Part shown: piece by piece, positions 1 to 10,530 of the stretch | Layout of the letters: every line of letters starts with the position of its first letter | Numbering within the stretch: the stretch's first letter is position 1 | Assembly: GCA_965204745.1 (NCBI GenBank) | Contig: OZ242010.1 | Span: forward strand, 2,112,001 to 2,176,000 | Length of the DNA stretch: 64,000 nt | DNA from: Candidatus Latescibacterota bacterium | Lineage (GTDB): Bacteria; Latescibacterota; UBA2968 | Direction of reading: 5' to 3' | Position numbers and translations under genes: made by a program | The notes under the pieces: generated by a model | What the model saw: only the letters and a program-made list of their open reading frames with translations | What the model was told of the DNA's origin: nothing | The model's database searches: none

Positions 1-805
1 GTCCGACATCGCCGCAATGGGGGGCAAGCCGACGGATGCGGTCGTGGGGATCAGCGCGTCAGCGCACTGTGACGCGGCGTATGTCGAGCGCATCTACAAC
101 GGCTTGTTCGCCTGTGCGGATCGTTTTGGCGTCGCCATCGTGGGTGGGGATACGACGCGCACAACGGGCCCCTTGGTCTTGAGTTTGACGCTCACGGGCC
201 ACATGGCACGCGATCAAGTGTGCTATCGGTCGGGCGCGCAGGTGGGCGATGCGATTTACGTATCGGGCCCCTTGGGCGATGCTGCGGCCGGTTTGGGCGT
301 GGTATTGGGCGAAGTGTCGATGCAGGGCGAAGACCGAGCCGCGCTGTTGCGGCAACATTATCGGCCCGATGCGCGCGTGGATTTGGGATGGGCTTTGGCA
401 GGAACCGGGGGCATTACCGCGATGATCGACATATCGGATGGGTTGGCTTCGGATTTGAACCACATTTGCCGGCAAAGCGAGGTGTCGGCTGTGATTCGAG
501 CAGAGGCGATCCCCATGTCCGCGGCGTTTGTGAAATTTTGCGCTACGAGCCAACAAAATAAACTCGATCTCGCCCTCGCCGGCGGGGAGGATTTTGAGTT
601 GCTATTTTGCGTGCGCCGCGCACAGGTGCATCAGGTCGAGGCACTCGCAACGCGCTATTCGATTTCCCGCATCGGCGAGATCGCAGCGGGTAATGGCGGT
701 GTGAAAATAAAAAATGAGGATGGGAAGCGCGTGCTGTTGGAACGGGAGGGATACGAGCATTTTAGGAGAGCGGGAAGTTTAGCCACGAGCGGGGTACAAC
801 TGTAG
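1..805 (+). CDS. thiL: Thiamine-monophosphate kinase (5'-truncated by window)
   Basis: Motifs SDIAAMGG, VGGDT, AMIDISDGL, GGEDFELLF, GYEHF; stop TAG lies inside a repeat. Confidence 0.93.
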   Translation, partial: SDIAAMGGKPTDAVVGISASAHCDAAYVERIYNGLFACADRFGVAIVGGDTTRTTGPLVLSLTLTGHMARDQVCYRSGAQVGDAIYVSGPLGDAAAGLGVVLGEVSMQGEDRAALLRQHYRPDARVDLGWALAGTGGITAMIDISDGLASDLNHICRQSEVSAVIRAEAIPMSAAFVKFCATSQQNKLDLALAGGEDFELLFCVRRAQVHQVEALATRYSISRIGEIAAGNGGVKIKNEDGKRVLLEREGYEHFRRAGSLATSGVQL

Positions 806-1045
806 GGGCGATGCCCTGGTCGAGAACATATCTTTCGCTACTCAGGCGAATTAAGCGTTGTCGGCTGTCTGTCGTCTTTGCCCTCGCCTCGCCCCTCTTG
901 TATCTTTGGGCGAGCACAGGGGCATCGCCCCTACACATATCGCTCACCTTTGAACTGGCTGTCGCTAGTTGTACCCCGCTTGTGTTTTTGTGCCTTTGAA
1001 CTGGCTGTCGCCAGTTGTACCCCGCTCGTGGCTAAAATCCCATCT
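778..1045. repeat. Composite intergenic repeat bounded by a 25-bp perfect inverted repeat (MITE/REPIN-like)
   Basis: TTTAGCCACGAGCGGGGTACAACTG at 778-802 and its reverse complement at 1012-1036; contains a GTAGGGGCGATGCCCCTGTGCTCGCCC REP and AACTGGC-N4-GCCAGTT hairpins also seen at ~40900, 46350, 53630 and 60020. Confidence 0.85.
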
Positions 1046-3141
1046 TACCACATCACGCGAAACCGCGTCATTGCAATGGCGCGTTCCAAATTGTGCATGT
1101 CTTCGACCACCACGCGCAGGGCTTTGGGGCCTGGCATGGTTTTGTCCAGGGACAAGGCCAAGAACAGGGGCTCCCAGTTGCGGGTGCCGCGCTGTTCGTA
1201 GGACACGGCGGTGGCCCAATCGCCTCGTTCTGCGTCGTCGGCATCGCTCAAGGCGCGCACTTGAAAGGTGAGTTTGTAATGGGTCGCGCCGAAATTGTCG
1301 CGTTGCAAATTGTAAATCTCGAAATACACCACGGCCCGCCCGTTGCTTTCGTATTGTTGCAGGGGATTGGACAATACGAGAAAGCGATTGCGTCCAAAGG
1401 GGCGGTCTTCGCGCTCGACCACGCGCCGCGCCAGCAACAAGTCGCTGATGTCCAATCGGTCATTTGAAAAGTGCCGCACATCGAGCGTGTCTCGAAACGC
1501 GCCCACGGATTTTTTGGCGCGATCCTCCACTTCCGCAACCAAATAATAACGCCCTGTTTTCAGATGTAGCCTATCGCCGGATAGCAAATAGCCCGTGCGA
1601 ACCGCGTCGTATTTGACCAGCGGCAGGCGTTGCACATGCGCGATCTCTCGGCGCAGCGTATCCCATTGGGCGTCGAAGAGGAACAGGCCCTGCCGCAAAT
1701 TGACGCGCTTGAGGCCCGCGCGCAGGGCTTGGGTCTCGACCTCCTCGGCGTCGAGCGCGTAGTACACTTCGACCCGTGCGTGGGCGTCTTCCCCGCGAAA
1801 CTGCGCCACTTGGTGGGGCACATCGTAGCGTTGCCCCCAGTACGGGTCTCGAAAATGATCGGGGTTGCGCGCGACAAAGGACTTAAACCCCCGTGGATTC
1901 ACTTCAAAATCCAACCAGCCCAAGCGGAAATTCCAGTGATCGCGCGTGTCTGTATTTTCAAAAATGATCGTAAAGCCGTCGTATCGCCACAACTCTTTTC
2001 GATGCTCGAAATTGTGCGACATCGTCTGCCATCGCGCGCGCCGGGCCAGATAATCCTGCATGTAGCCCGGCAAATCCACCCCGGTGCGAAATTCCGCAGG
2101 TCTCGCCACCAATGCGACCGGATGCCCGTAGCGGATATAGACCTGGCCCTTGTCCGTCATCCAGCCGGGGATGCCTTTGAGGGGATCGCCAAAGCGCAAA
2201 TTGGCGTAGGCCACGCGCCGGCAGTGCTCGAGCAATCGCTCGTTGTATTCGGTCAAAAACAACGGGTCTCGGCCCGTCCAAAACTTGCGAATGGCAACGC
2301 GGTCTGGCGCGGTGGAATCCGGGTCGGCCAGCAAAAACACCCCCATCATAAACCGCTGCTCTGCGCCGGACATGCGCGCAAGGCCATCGGCATAAGCCGC
2401 ATAGGCGCGCCGCAACCGGTCGTTGGCCTGATAGCCCAATCCGACAAAAAAATGCGCGTGGGCATTGTCGGGATGCCGTTGCAGGTACGTTTCAAACAGG
2501 GGGATTAACGCATTCGCCATTCGGCCTTCGTAATAGACGAGGCCCAAGAGGTGATGCGAGGCCCAATGGTCGGGGTCTTTGTCGATAGCGCGGGTCAAGT
2601 ACCCGATGGCCGCATCGCGCGCCTCGATGCCGTAGTGTTCCAAACTCAGGGTTCTGACCGTTCGTCTCGGCCGATAGGGATCGGAACCGTAATTCACGAT
2701 TTTGCGTTCGGCATCCAAATACCGCGTCATGTTCCACATCTCAAAGCGCGCGGCCCAATACAGAGGCCCCACGGCGTCGGGATCGCGCTCGATGCCCCGC
2801 TTGGCATAGACTATCGCGGTTGTGCGCCGCCCCACGCGCCAGTAATACTCGGCCAGCGAAGTGTAGATATCCCCGTCATCCGGCTGTTGCTGTACGGCTT
2901 TCTTCAACCACCGCTCTGCCGCGTGGACATATCCCTTGCCCCGCGTCATGTACAACGCGCCCAAGGCGTGGGCCGCGCGCCCGGACGCATCGCGCTGGGC
3001 AGCGGCTTTCAGCAGGGACACGCGATCCTCAAACGCCCGCGTCGTATCGGAGGCGGCGACGAGCAACGAATCGGTATTCGCCCATCCCACACTCGGCGCG
3101 ATGAGCGCGGCGATCAACAGCATTCGCAAGGTCATTTCCAT
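1045..3141 (-). CDS. GWxTD domain protein with N-terminal TPR repeats (secreted)
   Basis: Signal peptide, TPR-like helices, GWMTDKGQVYIRYG motif. Confidence 0.85.
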   Translation of the reverse strand: MEMTLRMLLIAALIAPSVGWANTDSLLVAASDTTRAFEDRVSLLKAAAQRDASGRAAHALGALYMTRGKGYVHAAERWLKKAVQQQPDDGDIYTSLAEYYWRVGRRTTAIVYAKRGIERDPDAVGPLYWAARFEMWNMTRYLDAERKIVNYGSDPYRPRRTVRTLSLEHYGIEARDAAIGYLTRAIDKDPDHWASHHLLGLVYYEGRMANALIPLFETYLQRHPDNAHAHFFVGLGYQANDRLRRAYAAYADGLARMSGAEQRFMMGVFLLADPDSTAPDRVAIRKFWTGRDPLFLTEYNERLLEHCRRVAYANLRFGDPLKGIPGWMTDKGQVYIRYGHPVALVARPAEFRTGVDLPGYMQDYLARRARWQTMSHNFEHRKELWRYDGFTIIFENTDTRDHWNFRLGWLDFEVNPRGFKSFVARNPDHFRDPYWGQRYDVPHQVAQFRGEDAHARVEVYYALDAEEVETQALRAGLKRVNLRQGLFLFDAQWDTLRREIAHVQRLPLVKYDAVRTGYLLSGDRLHLKTGRYYLVAEVEDRAKKSVGAFRDTLDVRHFSNDRLDISDLLLARRVVEREDRPFGRNRFLVLSNPLQQYESNGRAVVYFEIYNLQRDNFGATHYKLTFQVRALSDADDAERGDWATAVSYEQRGTRNWEPLFLALSLDKTMPGPKALRVVVEDMHNLERAIAMTRFRVMW

Positions 3142-3147
3142 TCTCCT

Positions 3148-4233
3148 CTACCCAGTCAACCTCCGCATCGCCCACTCGAGCGGGCCGCGGTCGAAGTGTT
3201 TTCGCCATGTGTCGGAATAGGCGACAGCCAATGCAAAAAATACGACCGCGCTCGTCACGGCAAACTCGAGACGCTGATTCTCCAAACGCCCGAAAATGTC
3301 CAAAATGCCCATCCCCAGTACGACGTGTGCGACGTAGAGCGTCAGCGAAAGTTGGCCTGTTGCCACGAGTGCGCGATGCAATCTGAGATGCACAAATCGC
3401 TGCGAGAGCATGACGCACAGCGCGATAACGGCAAATGCCGTGCCGCCCGCCGCCAGCATGTACAAGGGCACAGGTGGGAGCATTGCAGTTCCAAAGACGG
3501 CGCGTATCGCTTCTACGGAATCGGCGGATGCACGCGCTGTCAGGGTCTCGATTAGCACTGCGGATAGAAACTCGGCAACGAGCGCGACCCCTACACCCAC
3601 CAGCAACACGCGCTTGCTCACCGACGCGTCAGCCATATTCTGCCTGCCCAGCCACATTCCCGCCAATAAAAAAGCAGTCCAGGGCATAACGGGATGAAGG
3701 CCGTTAAAAAACAAGTTGCGGATCATGCCCAACGGCGTCCAGAGCCCTTCGTACTCCAACGTGGTAAAATCCCATTCTGCCTCGTAGTTAAAACACAGGA
3801 GCAACGCGGAGAAGGCGATGACAAATGCGGCTGCCAATCCCCAAAGCCAGCGGCCGGATGCCGACAGGACAAGCGCGCCGATGGTGATGTAAAGGCCGTA
3901 GAAGTGCAGGATGTCGCCCGAGTAAATGGGGAGGTACAGCATGCCGACCACGAACAAGAAGGCGGCGCGCCGCCACAGGATCTTGCGGGCATCGAACAGG
4001 GCTTTGGAATCGCCGGATTGTAGATCGCGGCGCGTCGCCAGCGATAGGCCAACACCGGCCAAGATGACGAAGATGGCAGCGGCGCGACCTTCGAACAGCC
4101 CCGTCGCAAAGGCGAGCCAGCCGGGGCCGCTCCCATCGGCTGTCATGACGACCTTGTAGTTGACCAGTGTCATGCCAAAGATGGCAAAGGCGCGGGCCAC
4201 ATCGTAGCCGAATATGCGGTTTCCCACCTGCAT
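3148..4233 (-). CDS. DUF418/YeiB-like polytopic membrane protein
   Basis: N-terminal RIFGYDVARAFAIFGM, many TM segments, C-terminal RGPLEWAMR; start placed at ATG 4233, downstream of the tRNA. Confidence 0.8.
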   Translation of the reverse strand: MQVGNRIFGYDVARAFAIFGMTLVNYKVVMTADGSGPGWLAFATGLFEGRAAAIFVILAGVGLSLATRRDLQSGDSKALFDARKILWRRAAFLFVVGMLYLPIYSGDILHFYGLYITIGALVLSASGRWLWGLAAAFVIAFSALLLCFNYEAEWDFTTLEYEGLWTPLGMIRNLFFNGLHPVMPWTAFLLAGMWLGRQNMADASVSKRVLLVGVGVALVAEFLSAVLIETLTARASADSVEAIRAVFGTAMLPPVPLYMLAAGGTAFAVIALCVMLSQRFVHLRLHRALVATGQLSLTLYVAHVVLGMGILDIFGRLENQRLEFAVTSAVVFFALAVAYSDTWRKHFDRGPLEWAMRRLTG

Positions 4234-4253
4234 TTGCAGTCTCCCTAAAAAAA

Positions 4254-4326
4254 TGCCCCTGGCAGGACTCGAACCTGCGACCAACGGATTAGGAATCCGC
4301 TACTCTATCCTCTGAGCTACAGGGGC
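4254..4326 (-). tRNA. tRNA-Arg (anticodon CCT)
   Basis: Reverse complement GCCCCTGTAGCTCAGAGGATAGAGTAGCGGATTCCTAATCCGTTGGTCGCAGGTTCGAGTCCTGCCAGGGGCA folds as a cloverleaf with GGTTCGA T-loop. Confidence 0.95.
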
Positions 4327-4354
4327 GTTGCGGTCAATATGATCGAACCGGATT

Positions 4355-4867
4355 TCAACACCGGACCAGCGCGTGGATCGGCCAGTCCGCGAGTTTTTCG
4401 CGCCCGTGCAAAAAGCCCAGTTCGAGGACGAACGAGAGGCCGACGATCTCGCCCTCGAGCGCCGAGACGAGTTGGCAGGCAGCGGCCATGGTGCCCCCCG
4501 TGGCGAGCAGGTCATCGACCAGCGCGATCTTTTGGCCTGCGGCTATGGCATCGGTGTGAATTTCGAGCTCATCGATGCCGTATTCCAATTCGTAGTCCGC
4601 AGAAACCGTCGCGGATGGCAACTTGCCGGACTTGCGAACCGGCACGAATCCCGCGCCGAGTTCGAGCGCGAGGGCGGCCCCAAAGATAAAGCCGCGCGAC
4701 TCGATGCCCACGATCAAATCCACGGGCGCGGCGCGATAGGGGTGCGCGAGTTGCACAACTGCGGCGCGATAGGCCGCGCGGTCCGCGAGCAGGGGTGCGA
4801 TGTCTTTGAACACGATGCCCGGTTTTGGAAAATCGGGCACATCCCGAATAAATGCCGTTAAATCCAC
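4355..4867 (-). CDS. apt: Adenine phosphoribosyltransferase
   Basis: DFPKPGIVFKDI, ESRGF, YELEYG, VDDLLATGGT; GTG start after AGGAGG. Confidence 0.95.
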   Translation of the reverse strand: MDLTAFIRDVPDFPKPGIVFKDIAPLLADRAAYRAAVVQLAHPYRAAPVDLIVGIESRGFIFGAALALELGAGFVPVRKSGKLPSATVSADYELEYGIDELEIHTDAIAAGQKIALVDDLLATGGTMAAACQLVSALEGEIVGLSFVLELGFLHGREKLADWPIHALVRC

Positions 4868-4897
4868 GATCTCCTCCTTATCGCACAACCCCTGTTT

Positions 4898-4925
4898 CGG
4901 ACGGGCACAGGGGCCTGTCCCTACG
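4898..4925 (-). repeat. Stand-alone GTAG-type REP
   Basis: Reverse complement GTAGGGACAGGCCCCTGTGCCCGTCC, a variant of the REP in the composite repeats. Confidence 0.7.
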
Positions 4926-4927
4926 CA

Positions 4928-7795
4928 TTACCCATCGCCGCGGTCTATCGCGTCGGCGAGCACCTCGGCCGGGTGGCGTGCGGTGCGCCCGGTGGCGTGG
5001 GCGATCTGTTGCCGGCAGGACAGTCCCGCAGCTACGATTTCGGTCGTCTCATCCGCGTTGCGAATCACTTCGAGCAAGCGCGGTTCGCCCACTTTGAGCG
5101 ACACGTCGTAGTGCTCGGCCTCATAGCCGAATGAACCCGCCATGCCGCAGCATCCGGATTCGATGGGGGTGACGCGAAAGCCCTCGGGCAATCCCAATGC
5201 GGCTTCGGACGCGCCCATGCCCCACAGGGCTTTTTGGTGGCAGTGCCCGTGCAACAAAATGTCTTTTTGCAAATCGGTAAATGGCGCGGCAAAGTCGCCC
5301 CGGTCAGAAAATTTCTGCACGAACGCCTCAAATGTATAAACATTGTCCGCCACTGCGCGGGCACGCGGGTCGCGGATCAAATCCACGTATTCATCCACCA
5401 ACATGGAAACGCACGACGGCTCTAAGCCCACGATGGGATAGCCTTGTTCGGTATAGCGGTACAAATTTTCGATGTTGAACCGGGCATTTTCTTTCACGCG
5501 GGCCATATAACCACTCGAAAGCAGGGGACGTCCGCAACACCGCTTCACGGCCAAAATGACCTCGTAACCCGCGCTCTCAAACAGGGCCGTGGCCGCCTTG
5601 CCGATAGCGGGATAATTGTACGTGGTGTACGTATCGGCAAACAACACCACGCGCTCGTTCCCCTTGGGCGCGCGGCGACTGGCGAACCAGTGGGGAAATG
5701 TCTGCCTCGCAAACGGGGGCAATGACCGCGCGGGCGCGATGCCCATGAGCTTCATCATCCACTTTGAAAGCCGCGCATTGCCCAACCCATTGCCCAAGGG
5801 CGCGGCGAGACAGCCGAGTTTGCCCATCAGTTCCACATTGCCAAATAAGCGCGCGCGCAAAGGCCGCCCGTGGTCGGCGTAGTAACGCGCCTTGAACTCG
5901 TACTTGATCTTTGCCATATCCACATTGGACGGGCACTCGGCCTTGCACGCCTTGCATTCCAAACACAGGGCGAGCACGTCGTTGATGCGATGATCCGTCA
6001 ACCCGCCTTTCCACCGCCCGGAAATGGCTGCGCGAAGTGCGTTTGCCCGGCCCCTGGTCGAGTGTTCTTCCTCTAGGGTCGCCATGTAGGACGGGCACAT
6101 GGTGCCCGCGAGTTTTTTGCGACACGCGCCCACGCCATTGCACATTTCGATGGCGCGGTGAAAGCCGCCGTCCGCGGAAAAGTCGAAATGCGTGGCGATT
6201 TCATCGGCGCGATAAGCCGCGCCATAGCGCAAATTTTCCGTCATCATGGGCGCGTCGACAATTTTGCCGGGGTTCATCAGGCCCATCGGATCGAATGCGC
6301 GCTTGACCTCTCGAAAGGCATTGTAGAGCACCGGGCCAAAAAACGCTTCGTTCCAACAACTGCGAACCAGGCCATCGCCGTGTTCACCGCTTATTGCACC
6401 GCCGTATTTCATCACCAAGTCGCGCACGGATTCGGCGATGAAGCGCATCTTGGCGATCTCTGCGGCGTCCTTGAGATCGACCATCGGGCGAATGTGCAAC
6501 AGGCCCACGCTGGCGTGCGCGTAATACCCGGCCCGCGTGTTGAGGGCGTGCATCAATTCGCCAAATTCGGCGATGTAATCGGGCAAGCGCTCGGGCGGCA
6601 CCGCGGCGTCTTCGACAAAGGCAACGGGCTTGGAATCGCCCTTGACGCCCATCAACAAGCCGAGACCGGCCCTGCGGACATTCCAAACATTGGCCTGCTC
6701 GGTTTCGGAGATGGCGCGGGAAAAGGTGTGCGCGAGATCGCGCTTTTGCAACAGGGCCTCGAGTTCGTCCAACTTGCCGCGCAGTTCGCCTTCTGAATCC
6801 CCGTAGTATTCCACGGCCAGCACGGCTTTGGGATCGCCTTGCACCCACGTGCGCATGCGAGACAGTTCCACCGATCCCTTGGTCTGATCTAAAATCATCT
6901 CGTCGATCAACTCGACCGCCGCGGGCCGCGTTGCCAAAATCGGCGCGACCGCGCGCATAGCCGCGATCAGATCGTCAAATTGCGCGATGCCGAGCACCTT
7001 TGCCCGGGGCAGGGGGATCACCTTGAGTTTCGCGCGGACCACCGTCGCCAACGTGCCTTCGGAGCCGATGACCATGCGCGCGAGGTTGAAGGGTTGCTTT
7101 TTGATAAATTCATCGAGATTGTACCCGCCGACCCGGCGCAAAATTTTGGGGTACCGCCGCTCGATCTCTTCTGAGTTTTCCCGCGCCAAGCGGATCACTT
7201 CCCGATAGGCTTGGCCCTCGAGGTCGCGTTGCTCGCACTTTTGTTTGACCGCGGGTTCGTCCAATTCGCCCATTGTGGTGCGCGTGCCGTCGGCCAGTAT
7301 CAGATCGAGTTCCAAGACGTGGTCGATGGTCTTGCCGTAAATGACCGAATGCGTGCCCGCGGAATTGTTGCCCACCATCCCACCGATAGTCGCGCGGCTA
7401 CTGGTGGCGACGTCGGGCGCGAATTGCAGGCCGTGGGGCTTGAGAAATGCGTTGAGTTCGTCGAGGATCACCCCGGGTTCGACTTTGACCCACCCCTCTT
7501 CGGCATTGAAGTCGAGAATGCGGGTCATGTATTTCGACATGTCCATCACAACGCCGCGGCCCACCACCGCGCCCGCAAGCCCGGTGCCCCCGCCTCGGGG
7601 AATGACGGCCACCCCGTGCTGCGCCGCGAGACGGATCACCTTCAAAACATCGCGCTCGTGCTTGGGCAACACGACGCCAACAGGCTCTCTTTGATACATG
7701 CTCGCGTCCGTGCTATACAAAATGCGCGACATCTTATCGAACCGCACTTCGCCCTCGAGTTGCTGCATCAACATCCCCGCAAAATTCATGGGCAA
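4928..7795 (-). CDS. FAD-binding/Fe-S oxidoreductase (GlcD/YdiJ-like fusion)
   Basis: PRGGGTGLAG, GEHGDG, CNGVGAC, CLECKAC..C ferredoxin motifs, CCG domains. Confidence 0.9.
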   Translation of the reverse strand: MPMNFAGMLMQQLEGEVRFDKMSRILYSTDASMYQREPVGVVLPKHERDVLKVIRLAAQHGVAVIPRGGGTGLAGAVVGRGVVMDMSKYMTRILDFNAEEGWVKVEPGVILDELNAFLKPHGLQFAPDVATSSRATIGGMVGNNSAGTHSVIYGKTIDHVLELDLILADGTRTTMGELDEPAVKQKCEQRDLEGQAYREVIRLARENSEEIERRYPKILRRVGGYNLDEFIKKQPFNLARMVIGSEGTLATVVRAKLKVIPLPRAKVLGIAQFDDLIAAMRAVAPILATRPAAVELIDEMILDQTKGSVELSRMRTWVQGDPKAVLAVEYYGDSEGELRGKLDELEALLQKRDLAHTFSRAISETEQANVWNVRRAGLGLLMGVKGDSKPVAFVEDAAVPPERLPDYIAEFGELMHALNTRAGYYAHASVGLLHIRPMVDLKDAAEIAKMRFIAESVRDLVMKYGGAISGEHGDGLVRSCWNEAFFGPVLYNAFREVKRAFDPMGLMNPGKIVDAPMMTENLRYGAAYRADEIATHFDFSADGGFHRAIEMCNGVGACRKKLAGTMCPSYMATLEEEHSTRGRANALRAAISGRWKGGLTDHRINDVLALCLECKACKAECPSNVDMAKIKYEFKARYYADHGRPLRARLFGNVELMGKLGCLAAPLGNGLGNARLSKWMMKLMGIAPARSLPPFARQTFPHWFASRRAPKGNERVVLFADTYTTYNYPAIGKAATALFESAGYEVILAVKRCCGRPLLSSGYMARVKENARFNIENLYRYTEQGYPIVGLEPSCVSMLVDEYVDLIRDPRARAVADNVYTFEAFVQKFSDRGDFAAPFTDLQKDILLHGHCHQKALWGMGASEAALGLPEGFRVTPIESGCCGMAGSFGYEAEHYDVSLKVGEPRLLEVIRNADETTEIVAAGLSCRQQIAHATGRTARHPAEVLADAIDRGDG

Positions 7796-7921
7796 CCTTC
7801 CTCTCTTAATAACTTCACCGTTCTCAAATCTCGCCTTGACAATCTACGCTCCACAAGTTAAATATACACCTGACCGTATGATGGGTCAAGATTTGGAATG
7901 GATAAACACAAGGAGTTTTTC

Positions 7922-9154
7922 ATGGCAGAGACACTCGCAATAGACGGCGGCGTGGCCGTGCGCGATACGGCGGTGTCGCCTTGGCCCGTGTGGCCGGACA
8001 ATACGGAACGGGAATGGGATGCGGAAATCGCGCCCATTCTCAAAGAAATCTATCTCGAACAAACCGAGGGCCTGCCCGCGCCTGTGGGGCATCGCTTTGG
8101 GCAGGCATTTGCCGCCTATTGCGACGCGGCGTTTGGGGTGATGATGCCGAGTGGCACCACATCCATTGCCGCGGCATTGTCCGCCGCGCTCGACCTCGAT
8201 GGGCTCGTGGATGGCGGGGAAGTCATCATTCCCAACTACACCTTTATCGCCACGGCGAGCGCGCCCCTGTCCGTGCGGTGTTCGCTCGCGCTGGTCGATA
8301 TCGACCCCGTGAGTTTTACCATGTCGCCCGAAGCGGTCGAAGCCGCCATCACGGATCAGACCGTCGCGCTCCTTCCCGTTCACTTGGGCGGGCACCCCGC
8401 CGACATGGATGGGCTGAACGCCATAGCCCAACGGCACGACCTCAAAGTCATCGAAGACTGCGCGCAAGCACACGGCGCAGAGCACAACGGGCGCAAAGTG
8501 GGGTCGCTGGGGCATGTGGGCGCGTTCAGCTTTCAATCGAGCAAAAACCTGACCTCGGGCGAGGGCGGATGCCTGCTCACCAATGACCGCGACCTGCGAG
8601 ATCGCGCCTGGGCCTTCCGCGACGTGGGCCGGCGCCCGGGCGGCGAGCGGTGGGAATATCCCCGCTTGGGCTGGAATTACCGCACGTCGGAATATCTGGC
8701 CGGCATCCTCTTAAAGCGATTGCCCAAACTCGAAACCCAACTCGATTTGCGAAACAAAAACGCGGCCTATCTCGCCAAAGGCTTGGATGAAATCGGCGGC
8801 TTGGAACCCCCGCGCTGGCGGCCCTGGGTCACGCAACACGGCTATCACCTGTACATGACGCGCTACGACAGCGAGGCATTTGGCGGCAAAACCCGCGATG
8901 CGTTTGTCGCGGCCCTGCGCGCCGAAGGCATTCCCTGCACCCCGGGCTATCAGCGGCCCTTGACAGACGAAGGCGGTCTCAAAACCGTGATGGAACGCCA
9001 TCCGCACCTGATTCGCCGCTTGCCGTGCCCCAATGTGGAGGCCACCTGTGCTTCCAGCGTTTGGTTGTTGCAAAACCTGTTGCTGGGCCAACGGGAAGAC
9101 ATGGACGATGTTTTGACCGCTGTTGCCAAAATTAAACGCGCTTTCACGACATGA
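7922..9154 (+). CDS. DegT/DnrJ/EryC1/StrS family PLP aminotransferase
   Basis: IEDCAQAHG, FSFQSSKNLTSGEGG. Confidence 0.9.
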   Translation: MAETLAIDGGVAVRDTAVSPWPVWPDNTEREWDAEIAPILKEIYLEQTEGLPAPVGHRFGQAFAAYCDAAFGVMMPSGTTSIAAALSAALDLDGLVDGGEVIIPNYTFIATASAPLSVRCSLALVDIDPVSFTMSPEAVEAAITDQTVALLPVHLGGHPADMDGLNAIAQRHDLKVIEDCAQAHGAEHNGRKVGSLGHVGAFSFQSSKNLTSGEGGCLLTNDRDLRDRAWAFRDVGRRPGGERWEYPRLGWNYRTSEYLAGILLKRLPKLETQLDLRNKNAAYLAKGLDEIGGLEPPRWRPWVTQHGYHLYMTRYDSEAFGGKTRDAFVAALRAEGIPCTPGYQRPLTDEGGLKTVMERHPHLIRRLPCPNVEATCASSVWLLQNLLLGQREDMDDVLTAVAKIKRAFTT

Positions 9155-10089
9155 GGTCCCCAGCCATGAATGCACTTGAAAAGGGCTTGTGGACAAGCCA
9201 ACGGATGATGGGCCTGGTCTTTTTGGTCGCGGGCCTGACCAAGATATGGGACCCAGAGCTCTTTTTTTGGCAGTCTATGCCGCACATCCAGTTTTTCGCC
9301 GAGAGGGAAAGCTGGGAGCGGATCGCCACTTGGGCCTTGCTGTTGGGGCCGCTGGAGTGCGCGGTGGGCTTGGCGCTCTTGGTCGATTGGAAGCCGCGTC
9401 TCGGCCTGCCGGTGGGCGTGGTGTTGATGGCGTTTTTTGTTTTTATCGTTGCGCTGGCTTGGTCGCGCGGCGCCGCAGAGAATTGCGGGTGCTTTGGCGC
9501 GCTGATCGAGCGATCTCCAGGCGAAGCCCTCATAGAAGACATCGTCATGTTGGGGTTGTTGCTCTTTTCGTGGTGGGGGTTGCGGCGGCGAAAGGTGGTG
9601 CTGCGGGCATGGCATCGGCGGGTGGTCTTGATCGGCGGCGCGGTATCCCTCATCGCGCTGGGGTTCCGCTATTTGCCCGAGCGTGACCACCTGACCGAGT
9701 CGGATCTGCGAGTGGGTCTCGAATTGCCCGATATCGCTTTGTCAACTGCGGATGTCGATCTCGCCGAAGGGGCCTATTTGCTGGTCCTGTTCAGCCCAAA
9801 GTGCGGGCATTGCCAGCAGGCCGTTCCCGATATCAATACCTGGATCGCGGATCCAGATGTGCCCCAACTCATCGCTTTGAGTTGGTTCCCCGTGAACAGT
9901 CCGATGATCAGATGGTTCAAAAAACACTTCCAACCGCGCTTTGCTATCGCCTCCATCTCCGTCGTCGATTTCTGGCGCCTGAACTGGAAGTACGGCTTCC
10001 CCCGGCTGGCGTATATTGAGGATGGCGTGATCAAACAGGTGTGGGATTACGGTGCTTTTCCCTCGCTGGCAACATTGAAGCAGTTGTAG
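9151..10089 (+). CDS. MauE/DoxX-family membrane protein with C-terminal thioredoxin-like domain
   Basis: TM helices with NCGCFG; CGHC motif and cis-Pro-like GFP. Confidence 0.75.
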   Translation: MRSPAMNALEKGLWTSQRMMGLVFLVAGLTKIWDPELFFWQSMPHIQFFAERESWERIATWALLLGPLECAVGLALLVDWKPRLGLPVGVVLMAFFVFIVALAWSRGAAENCGCFGALIERSPGEALIEDIVMLGLLLFSWWGLRRRKVVLRAWHRRVVLIGGAVSLIALGFRYLPERDHLTESDLRVGLELPDIALSTADVDLAEGAYLLVLFSPKCGHCQQAVPDINTWIADPDVPQLIALSWFPVNSPMIRWFKKHFQPRFAIASISVVDFWRLNWKYGFPRLAYIEDGVIKQVWDYGAFPSLATLKQL

Positions 10090-10110
10090 GATGATGACTT
10101 GGAGAAACTT

Positions 10111-10530
10111 ATGAATAATGAAGACATACACGGGCCAGAGTCCGAAGATACGAGCGCCGGATCGGACCTCCCGATGCCGAAGGGGAAACAAGCTTTCCAA
10201 TATATTACTCGGGAACTGTCAGACGATGACCTCAAAAATCCCGCCGTGGGGAAACTCTTGCTGAACGAGATAGACAGACTTGAGATCGAAAATGACGAAC
10301 TCGGGGACTATAAAGAACAATTTCACGAAGCGGACAAGAAGGTGGCGGTTTTAAAAGAAAAGAGCAAGACGCATTTAGTTGCCGAAATCACCTCGGTGGG
10401 GTGTATTGCTATCGGGGGAATTCTAATCGGACATGGGATGTCTGAGCCATCGAATTGGATAATAGGTTGCGGAGCATTAGTGTTTATTATCGGAATTGTT
10501 GCAATTGTTGCAAAGGTGGTGAAAAGATGA
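10111..10530 (+). CDS. Hypothetical coiled-coil protein with two C-terminal TM helices
   Basis: Lower-GC ORF with GGAG RBS; acidic coiled coil followed by 2 hydrophobic segments. Confidence 0.7.
   Translation: MNNEDIHGPESEDTSAGSDLPMPKGKQAFQYITRELSDDDLKNPAVGKLLLNEIDRLEIENDELGDYKEQFHEADKKVAVLKEKSKTHLVAEITSVGCIAIGGILIGHGMSEPSNWIIGCGALVFIIGIVAIVAKVVKR

Noticed and set aside
811-1271. Short ORFs translated from the composite repeat (also 44981-45232, 46123-46410, 50189-50992) and long antisense ORFs (e.g. 56618-58567, 35337-36980)
   Set aside because: Products of repeat periodicity or GC-rich antisense shadows of well-supported genes
4254-4326. tRNA-Arg or tRNA-Sec as island integration sites
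   Set aside because: No integrase and no duplicated tRNA 3' end visible in the window
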